Assembly (NCBI GenBank): GCA_965203475.1
Contig: OZ241890.1
Coordinates: forward strand, 2,203,502-2,267,501
Direction: 5' to 3'
Source: Gammaproteobacteria bacterium
Lineage (GTDB): Bacteria > Pseudomonadota > Gammaproteobacteria > UBA4575
DNA: 64,000 nucleotides
Below the pieces are notes generated by a model. That model was not told the DNA's origin. It worked only from the letters and a program-made list of their open reading frames with translations, and searched no databases. A program made the translations under genes and the position numbers. Positions 35,599-42,694 of the stretch are shown piece after piece. Each line of letters starts with the position of its first letter. Within the stretch, counting starts at the first letter, position 1.

Positions 35599-36081
35599 AT
35601 GTCACCTACAATTCAGAGTACAGCAAGTAAAATACTAAACATGAAAGATGTAAAAAAAGTTTTTCGCAACCTTGAAAAAGAATTAAAGCAATCTAAATGG
35701 TTTGATGATGGCTGGGAAATTTACAACCGCGGTGTTTATCTGCAACTCTACAAGGATAACTGGCATAACCAGAATCAAGGAGGAATTCATTTTGAAACGT
35801 TTATTGAAGCTCGAGAAGTTAAGCAAAAAGCATTTCCGATTTGTATGCATGCGGAGGAAGATTGCCCATCACAACAAGCATTCATTAAAGAGTTTATGGC
35901 GTTAGAAGGAGATCGTATAAAGAATTGGAAGGGTTATCAGATCGGCGAGGGCTATAGCATTTGCAAAAGAACGCTCCCTCTCAATTTTAAGAATCTAGAA
36001 CAGCGACTACTCGAAGAGTTCAATAGACTTCGGCAGTTAGAAAATGGGATAGAGCAGGCGTTGAGCCTCGTTCAAACCTAG
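35599..36081 (+). CDS. Hypothetical protein
   Basis: 160-aa ORF with GGAG ribosome-binding site before ATG 35599; no family recognised. Confidence 0.7.
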   Translation: MSPTIQSTASKILNMKDVKKVFRNLEKELKQSKWFDDGWEIYNRGVYLQLYKDNWHNQNQGGIHFETFIEAREVKQKAFPICMHAEEDCPSQQAFIKEFMALEGDRIKNWKGYQIGEGYSICKRTLPLNFKNLEQRLLEEFNRLRQLENGIEQALSLVQT

Positions 36082-36121
36082 CTTGGTTTGATGATGAAAA
36101 TTTATGCAAAGTGTATAAACC

Positions 36122-36301
36122 ATGAAGCGGCAAAAAAGTCCCTGTATTGATGTATGTGAGTTCACTGGGCCTAAGGGATGGTGCTTAGGTTGCGGTAGAA
36201 CTGAGCAAGAATGTCAAAAATGGAAGACAATGAAGCCCTATACAAGAAATGCCCTTGAGAAAGAACTTCGAAGAAGGATGTCCAAGATGGCTGCTACTTG
36301 A
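36122..36301 (+). CDS. DUF1289-like small Cys-rich protein
   Basis: Hand translation MKRQKSPCIDVCEFTGPKGWCLGCGRTEQECQKWKTM... (59 aa, below the track cutoff); SPCxxxC...CxGCxRT..E...W pattern. Confidence 0.82.
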   Translation: MKRQKSPCIDVCEFTGPKGWCLGCGRTEQECQKWKTMKPYTRNALEKELRRRMSKMAAT

Positions 36302-36418
36302 ATTGAGCGCTAAGAAAATTCTCAGTCTATAAATGCATAGGAAAAGTTATTCAGTATTTTCTAAATTAGTTGTTCCGTTTTCTTTCAATATCACTCAGCA
36401 AGTTGGACGGGGCTGTAT

Positions 36419-36483
36419 AATGTCTACAAACGACCCTGAGCGCAGGGATGCGCGAATATGATTTCCATCAGGGATGATGCAAC
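36419..36483. repeat. Left terminal inverted repeat
   Basis: Core 36444-36483 matches the reverse complement of 38189-38228 at 36/40; the match extends outward with a 3-nt gap. Confidence 0.9.
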
Positions 36484-36501
36484 AGATTAATCTTTTCTTT
36501 T

Positions 36502-36533
36502 AAAATGTCCGGTATCGACCCAAAGCAGACAAT
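36502..36533 (-). repeat. 30-bp hairpin repeat, copy A1 (upstream of ORF 36592)
   Basis: AAAATGTCCGGTATCGACCCAAAGCAGACA, 28/30 identical to 37614-37643. Confidence 0.9.
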
Positions 36534-36591
36534 CCCTAATTCACGAGAAAATTGATTTTTCAAATCATATATCCAAAAAAATATTTAAATT

Positions 36592-37524
36592 ATGATTAAG
36601 AAATTTGTTTTTCTGCTTTTTTTGTCAATTTTTACACTTCACGCAGATGCGCACTTTTTTACCAATAAAATTGCTGGAAGAGCTCCATTTGATACGCCTA
36701 AACCGGGTTCAGAAGAGTGGTATCAGTATTGCAATAAATGGAAAAACTACTATCTCACCGAACCTTTATATTCAGTCACATATCAATCAAGTTCTACTAA
36801 AAACTCAAGTTCCGATTATTGGTTATTAAAACTAGGGGATACAGCCTATCCGTTACCAATCGCAGATTATGAAAAGTATTTAATTAGATACAGTACATTC
36901 GGAATAGAACTTGTTTTGCAAGAAAAAAATGGGGTCAAATTTGTTTTCCGAAACTCTCCAATAAAAAAATTCGTCGATATCATTGGCTATGATTTTGGCG
37001 CAACTGGCACTATTGAGGAAAATGACTACTCTAGTATTGAGAATGTCATACTAACCAAAGAATTATTTGGAGGACCTGTAAATTCAATCGAAGTTACTGA
37101 ACAATCACTGAGGCATATACCGAACGAAATTAGGTGTAGCAAAAACACCATAAACAATGATGTTAAATTATTCGTGTTAATGACTTACAAAACATCATTA
37201 GGTAATGTAATTGCAGATAGTAATTCAATTGTTGCAAACATAGCACATGATGATAAAAAAGGTTGGAGTACTAAGCATATTCTTAAACACCCAAATAAGT
37301 TTAATTGGTGGAGCGAGGCAACAGATGATAACTTTAAATATGTTATGAGCATATCCTCACCAAAAGACATGAACTTAGATATTCATAAATTTGGAAAAGG
37401 ATTGATGAATCATAATAACGCAAACATGAAACCTGATTGGGTTGTGAAAATTCAGGATATGTATATGCGAGTCAGAACAAAAGGTGTATGTGCCGAACTT
37501 CGCGGATATTTAAATAATTTGTAA
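36592..37524 (+). CDS. Hypothetical exported protein
   Basis: 310-aa ORF with signal peptide MIKKFVFLLFLSIFTLHADA; AT-rich; no family recognised. Confidence 0.75.
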   Translation: MIKKFVFLLFLSIFTLHADAHFFTNKIAGRAPFDTPKPGSEEWYQYCNKWKNYYLTEPLYSVTYQSSSTKNSSSDYWLLKLGDTAYPLPIADYEKYLIRYSTFGIELVLQEKNGVKFVFRNSPIKKFVDIIGYDFGATGTIEENDYSSIENVILTKELFGGPVNSIEVTEQSLRHIPNEIRCSKNTINNDVKLFVLMTYKTSLGNVIADSNSIVANIAHDDKKGWSTKHILKHPNKFNWWSEATDDNFKYVMSISSPKDMNLDIHKFGKGLMNHNNANMKPDWVVKIQDMYMRVRTKGVCAELRGYLNNL

Positions 37525-37543
37525 AATTAATCACAAATCTTAT

Positions 37544-37571
37544 ATGACCGCTATTAGCTGTTAGCAGACGT
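37544..37571 (+). repeat. Hairpin repeat, copy B1 (downstream of ORF 36592)
   Basis: ATGACCGCTATTAGCTGTTAGCAGACGT, 22/28 identical to 38138-38165 with the first 15 nt exact. Confidence 0.85.
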
Positions 37572-37613
37572 AATTAGGGAGACAACTGGTTGGAATCAAT
37601 AATTTACAAACAT

Positions 37614-37646
37614 AAAATGTCTGGTATCGACCCAAAGCTGACATTT
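37614..37646 (-). repeat. 30-bp hairpin repeat, copy A2 (upstream of ORF 37674)
   Basis: AAAATGTCTGGTATCGACCCAAAGCTGACATTT with self-complementary ends AAATGTC/GACATTT. Confidence 0.9.
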
Positions 37647-37673
37647 AAATAATTAATTGTTGGGGATGATTAA

Positions 37674-38138
37674 ATGACTTTTCTTAAATTTTTTATTGCT
37701 GCAGCAATTGGTTTTTGTGGTGGTGTTTATTTTGGTTTCTATATGGCTCCACATGAATATTTATTGTGGAACAGTCAATACAAAGCTTCGATATTGGCTT
37801 TTGAATTAAGACAATTACAAAATGGAAATATAAACACAATAATAGATTCAAAAGAAATTTCTCTTAACGGCGAGCTTGGACTTCATGCAGAGTATCTAGA
37901 AAGTAAGTTAAATTGGTTATTGCCATTTAGACAACCATTTGATCGAAAACATATTCAGAATGCTGTTGATTATCGTCTTACTAATCCCTATACGATGCCA
38001 GATATGTCTAAACCAAGCTCTTGGAAAGAAGGAGTTAATATGGAAGACCCATTCATTCAAGAAGTAATTGAAGGACATAAAATACTAAATGAACAAGTTG
38101 AACAGGTTTTAGAATTATATGGCGATACTTCGCCTTAA
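37674..38138 (+). CDS. Hypothetical protein with N-terminal membrane anchor or signal
   Basis: 154-aa ORF with hydrophobic N-terminus and GGGGA ribosome-binding site; stop codon overlaps repeat B2. Confidence 0.75.
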   Translation: MTFLKFFIAAAIGFCGGVYFGFYMAPHEYLLWNSQYKASILAFELRQLQNGNINTIIDSKEISLNGELGLHAEYLESKLNWLLPFRQPFDRKHIQNAVDYRLTNPYTMPDMSKPSSWKEGVNMEDPFIQEVIEGHKILNEQVEQVLELYGDTSP

Positions 38139-38166
38139 TGACCGCTATTAGCCGAAAGCGGATATT
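38137..38166 (+). repeat. Hairpin repeat, copy B2 (downstream of ORF 37674)
   Basis: AATGACCGCTATTAGCCGAAAGCGGATATT with a CCGCT/AGCGG stem. Confidence 0.85.
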
Positions 38167-38188
38167 TAAAATCTCCTAACTTTAACCA

Positions 38189-38257
38189 GTTGCATCGTCC
38201 CTGATGGAAATCTTATTCGCATATCCCTATGCTTACCACTGGTCGAAAGCAGACGTT
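38189..38257. repeat. Right terminal inverted repeat
   Basis: Reverse-complement match to 36419-36483; ends in a B-like motif GGTCGAAAGCAGACGTT. Confidence 0.9.
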
Positions 38258-38276
38258 GTAGATAAGATAAACAATT

Positions 38277-38825
38277 ATGCGAGTTGATCCGGCGAGTCAT
38301 TTGGTGGTGGGGGTACATTACATGCCTTCGCCCAATTGTGATGAGCGACCCGATAATTGTTTCCCTACTTTACTTGTGATTCATAACATTAGTTTGCCAC
38401 CGAATGAATTTGGTGGCACTTATATTGAACAGTTATTCACGAATCAGCTTGATCCAAACGATCACCCATACTTTGCGAAAATCGCAGATAAAAAAGTCTC
38501 CGCACATATTCTAATTTCCCGTGACGGAGAGATGATTCAGTTTGTGCCCTTTAATCAAAGAGCCTGGCATGCCGGTGAATCGTGTTATGAAGGGCAAGAA
38601 AAGTGTAATGACTTTTCTATTGGGATTGAACTTGAAGGAGCTGATGAAATTGACTATGAAGAAGTCCAATACCAAGTGTTAGCAAACCTTATCGATAGTC
38701 TACGTATTGCATATCCAAGTTTAAATAAGAAAAGAATTGTGGGACATTCTGAAATAGCGCCCGAGAGGAAGAGCGATCCTGGCCTCGCATTTAACTGGGA
38801 ATATTTGCACAAACAGCTGGCTTAA
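38277..38825 (+). CDS. ampD: 1,6-anhydro-N-acetylmuramyl-L-alanine amidase
   Basis: SPNCDERP, IHNISLPP, RAWHAG, NDFSIGIELEG and GHSEIAPERKSDPG motifs. Confidence 0.96.
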   Translation: MRVDPASHLVVGVHYMPSPNCDERPDNCFPTLLVIHNISLPPNEFGGTYIEQLFTNQLDPNDHPYFAKIADKKVSAHILISRDGEMIQFVPFNQRAWHAGESCYEGQEKCNDFSIGIELEGADEIDYEEVQYQVLANLIDSLRIAYPSLNKKRIVGHSEIAPERKSDPGLAFNWEYLHKQLA

Positions 38826-38876
38826 TATGTTCCCTTCGCATTTAACTGGAAATATTTGTACAAACAGCTGGCCTAA
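38785..38876 (+). repeat. 41-bp direct repeat duplicating the 3' end of ampD
   Basis: 38785-38825 versus 38836-38876, 38/41 identical, with a 10-bp spacer. Confidence 0.92.
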
Positions 38877-39565
38877 GCCGTAATTTCCTGCCACTTATTA
38901 TTTTTATATCCTTGCAAGGGTTGATAGCTAATCTTGTAACTCATTTTGTCGCATTCATTAATCCAATAGCCTAAATACAGGTACGACAAATTTTTTTGTA
39001 ACGTAAGTTCAATTAGTTTGAGAATTGAGAACGAACCTAAGCCACGTTTTTTATATTCATTATCATAAAAGGTATATACGGCAGATAATCCTTGTTCAAT
39101 TTCATCAAATACCGCAACACATATTAGTTTTTGCTGCAATCGAATTTCCATAAAATAGGTATCTGACCAACTACCCAATAAAAATTCTTCAAAATCTTTT
39201 TGTGTAGAGTTATCCATAGGGCTGTCCGGATGTCGGGTGTGTAAGTAGTGTTTATATAATTCGAAATACTCTTCGGTAAATTTTCCTAGAACAACATTCA
39301 ACAACAAGTCTTGATTGGATTTAAGATTTCTAGTCTGTGAGCGATTCGGGGTAAAGTCATTTACACGAACCCGTGTAGGAATGCAGGCACTGCAATGTGG
39401 GCAGTGAGGTCGGTATAGTTGCTGTCCGTTACGGCGGAACCCGTGGTCAATTAACCAACTATACGTTTGATTAGTAGTTTTGGCATGGGGGTCGGCAAGA
39501 ATGTTGACACTATATCGGTCTGGTAAATAGCTACAAGGATGAATCGCCGTTTGATAAAAATCCAT
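38873..39565 (-). CDS. Arginyl-tRNA-protein transferase family (Ate/Bpt)
   Basis: HPCSYL, GFRR.G, YRPHCPHCSAC, LSAVYTFYD, YLYLGYWI and KMSYK motifs. Confidence 0.92.
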   Translation of the reverse strand: MDFYQTAIHPCSYLPDRYSVNILADPHAKTTNQTYSWLIDHGFRRNGQQLYRPHCPHCSACIPTRVRVNDFTPNRSQTRNLKSNQDLLLNVVLGKFTEEYFELYKHYLHTRHPDSPMDNSTQKDFEEFLLGSWSDTYFMEIRLQQKLICVAVFDEIEQGLSAVYTFYDNEYKKRGLGSFSILKLIELTLQKNLSYLYLGYWINECDKMSYKISYQPLQGYKNNKWQEITA

Positions 39566-39605
39566 GAGATAATGATTGCTTGTTATCTATAACGAATCTT
39601 AATTC

Positions 39606-41208
39606 ATGTATACACGATTTCAAGAAACTCTAAAACAAATTGATCGTGACGGACAGCATGGTTTACTTGCTGATGGGACCATTGGCTTAGAAAAAGAGTC
39701 ATTGAGAGTGGATGTTGCGGGGATGATATCGCAAAAACCACATCCTTCCGCTTTAGGTTCAGCCTTAACCAACCCTCACATCACCACAGATTATTCAGAA
39801 GCGTTGTTGGAATTTATTACTCCACCTTTACCTGGCGTGCCAGCTGCAATGAATTTTTTGGAAAAGATTCACCAGTTTGTCTATCAACATTTGGAAGAAG
39901 AATTGTTATGGAATGCAAGCATGCCCTGTGTAGTCACTGGGGATAATGGTATTCCAATAGCAAACTATGGAAATTCAAATTTAGGGCTAATGAAAACCGT
40001 GTATCGAAGAGGTTTGGGTTATCGCTATGGAAAAATGATGCAAGTGATTGCAGGAATTCATTTTAATTATTCTATTCATGAAAATTTTTGGCCATATTTT
40101 AGAGAACTAAAAAATCAACAGCATATTCCTTTGCAGGATTTTATTTCAGAACAATATTTTGGATTAATACGAAACTTACAGCGATTTGGTTGGATTAATT
40201 TCTATTTATTTGGCGCATCTCCAGCGATATGTGAATCTTTTTTACAAGGTCAGCCTAATAAACTCGAAAAATTTAATGACAAAACCTATTACTTACCCTA
40301 TGCAACAACTTTGCGCATGGGCGATATTGGTTATACCAATAAAAAAGAAAATGAATTTGGCGTTAAAGCGTGTTACGACAATCTCGCTTCTTATATCAAT
40401 TGTTTGACCGAAGCGATAGAAACACCATGCCCAGAATTTGAAAAAGTTGGAATTAAAGTTGATGGTGAATATAGACAACTCAATGCCAATATTTTACAAA
40501 TTGAGAATGAATACTATAGTTCTGTTCGTCCTAAACAACCGTTAGTTAATAACGAAAAGCCTACGCATGCACTGCATAAACGAGGTGTACAATATATTGA
40601 GTTGCGCTCACTTGATTTAAATATGTTTGAGCCACTAGGTATGACTGTAAATCAACTAAATTTTTTAGAAACGCTAATGATTTTTTGTCTTTTACATGAA
40701 AGCCCAGCGATTGATAAGGATGAGCGAATATCAATCGATGAAAATGATGACAAAGCTGCACACCAGGGGCGAGATCCCGCTTTAGTGTTACAAAGAAAAG
40801 CAGATACGTTGTCGTTGCAAGCATGGGGTAAGGAATTATTGCAAGAGATGCAGCCACTGTGTGAATTGTTAGATCGTAACCAAGATGAAAGACTTTATAG
40901 TGATGCCCTGGATGCACAAATGGCATTATTCGAGGAAGTAGAACGCACACCTTCCGCTCGTATGCTGGAGGAAATGCAAGGTAGTGGTGATGGGTTTTTT
41001 CCAAATTGCTAGAAAATATTCACGAATTCATCAAAACATACTTCGCAACAAAGAGTTAGCCGAAAAAGACCAGAATTTTTTTATGGAAAGTGTGAGACAG
41101 TCGGCGCAAAAACAACGACAAATTGAGGGTTGTGACACAATAACCTTTGATGAATTTTTGCATGATTATTTCACGCAAACACTATCAAATGAAAAAGTAG
41201 CGATATGA
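39606..41208 (+). CDS. gshA: Glutamate-cysteine ligase, split by an apparent 1-nt frameshift (ORFs 39606-41012 and 40984-41208)
   Basis: GLEKESLRV, ITTDYSEALLEFIT, GIHFNYS, LQIENEYYS and YIELRSLD motifs. The GshA-like tail QRQIEGCDTITFDEFLHDYF lies in the +1 frame after a T6 run at 40995-41000. Confidence 0.9.
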
Positions 41209-41675
41209 AAGTTGGAAATAAATTAAGTTTAGTCGTATTCCTGGGTCTGTCCATGGTGCTTGGAACGGTTCAAGCCGAAGTATATAAATGGGTAGACGAG
41301 CGAGGGAAGGTTCACTATAGCGACCGAAAAATGTATTCAAATGCTTCTACGATGAATATCTCAACGGGAGAATCAACTATTGGACAGTCTAGTGCCGAAA
41401 TTGAAGAAAGATTGCATAAGCAGCAAAAGTATTTGAATTATTTAACATCTGAACGCATTGATCGCAAGGAAAAGCGCGAAAAACAAAAAGCAGAACAAGC
41501 AAAACAAAAAAAGGTATGTGGGAAACTACAAGATCAGTTAAAAGTTTATGAGGAAGAGAATGTACGATGGTATGAGCTCAATGAGGAGTCGGGAGCGCGC
41601 GATTATATCTCTGATGACAGTCTAGAAGCACGTAAACAAGAGCTGCGTGATCAAATTAAAACTAGCTGTAGTTAA
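41205..41675 (+). CDS. DUF4124-type exported protein
   Basis: Signal peptide, then EVYKWVDERGKVHYSD and a coiled coil. Confidence 0.85.
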   Translation: MKVGNKLSLVVFLGLSMVLGTVQAEVYKWVDERGKVHYSDRKMYSNASTMNISTGESTIGQSSAEIEERLHKQQKYLNYLTSERIDRKEKREKQKAEQAKQKKVCGKLQDQLKVYEEENVRWYELNEESGARDYISDDSLEARKQELRDQIKTSCS

Positions 41676-41706
41676 ACTGCAGCTAGTTTCATTACATTAA
41701 TTTTTG

Positions 41707-42540
41707 CTATTTATAATTAGGCGGATAGGGAACAAACCCTATTGCATTAAATTCGTGCGGCCAAAAGCGATTTGGTTGTTCATGTTTATGAATATTAGAA
41801 CATGGAATGACTTGTTTTTGGCATAGTGTTTCCCGCCATTCATATTTAAAGAAAAATTTTGTTTTTGCTGTGTACTTCGGTTCAAACTGTACACGATACG
41901 TATATGAGGCTTTATGGTCTCCAAAACCAGTGCCTGCTGCTTTATCTTCTATTTTTTCGGCTTCATTTGATCGAGTTGATGGGGCCGGGGTATTCGAGTG
42001 ACTAAATAATTTAAAGCGTTTACGTTTTGGTTTTTCTTCAAATACTGCAATAGCAATTACACCCATTGCCGATCTATCATTAAATGCATGCGCATAGGAG
42101 TCTTCCACATCGGTGAAGTAAAATCGATGAATATCGCTTTCACTCGTGCGCCATCCCGCATAGGTTTGAGTTTCATACGGCTTTAAAATGTACATAGACT
42201 CTTTGTTGTTTAGGTAGGACTTTTCACCTGAAATGATGTTGCGTCCATCCACAGCGATTACTAAACCGATTCGTTTGTTTGAAAGATTGCGAATACGTAA
42301 TGCATAATTTTCACCTTTTATGGCTTCTACATACGTGCGAAATTCTCGCTGAGGGTTTCGATTTTGTAATGGATATACATCAAATGATTGTCCATGGTCA
42401 TTGATAATCTCAACTTCAACATTAGAAGAATTGGTTAGAATTTTGCTATAACTAACAGGGGCTGCAATTGCAAGTCCAAGTAGTAAAATGACTAACATTC
42501 TATATTGATGCAAAGGTTTTAATATTTGTAAATTAATCAT
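41707..42540 (-). CDS. Hypothetical exported protein
   Basis: 277-aa ORF with signal-like N-terminus and conserved-looking motifs (YALRIRN, AVDGRNIISG, GWR, GVIAIAVF, AGTGFG); function unknown. Confidence 0.75.
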   Translation of the reverse strand: MINLQILKPLHQYRMLVILLLGLAIAAPVSYSKILTNSSNVEVEIINDHGQSFDVYPLQNRNPQREFRTYVEAIKGENYALRIRNLSNKRIGLVIAVDGRNIISGEKSYLNNKESMYILKPYETQTYAGWRTSESDIHRFYFTDVEDSYAHAFNDRSAMGVIAIAVFEEKPKRKRFKLFSHSNTPAPSTRSNEAEKIEDKAAGTGFGDHKASYTYRVQFEPKYTAKTKFFFKYEWRETLCQKQVIPCSNIHKHEQPNRFWPHEFNAIGFVPYPPNYK

Positions 42541-42694
42541 AATTGATCCTTTATACCTGTATCATTCGTATCTCTATAAACGTTTGTGTGATGATTTGGG
42601 GTTAAAGTGGAAAAACTCACAAGATTTTATGAGGTTGTGTAAGATAGTTTGCTAGCAATGTCGCTGGGTTTTTACGTATAACAATAATTTTAAA

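Larger units (their letters stand above)
36419..38257. mobile_element. Putative non-autonomous element bounded by inverted repeats, carrying two cassette-like genes
   Basis: Imperfect terminal inverted repeats at 36419-36483 and 38189-38257, four internal 30-bp hairpin repeats and AT-rich cargo. No transposase or target-site duplication seen; mobility is inferred. Confidence 0.5.

Noticed and set aside
36419..38257. Classical integron or CALIN array, or a CRISPR array
   Set aside because: No intI gene, and no complementary RYYYAAC/GTTRRRY ends around the repeats. The repeats alternate in orientation and are separated by whole genes rather than 30-40 bp spacers; no cas genes.
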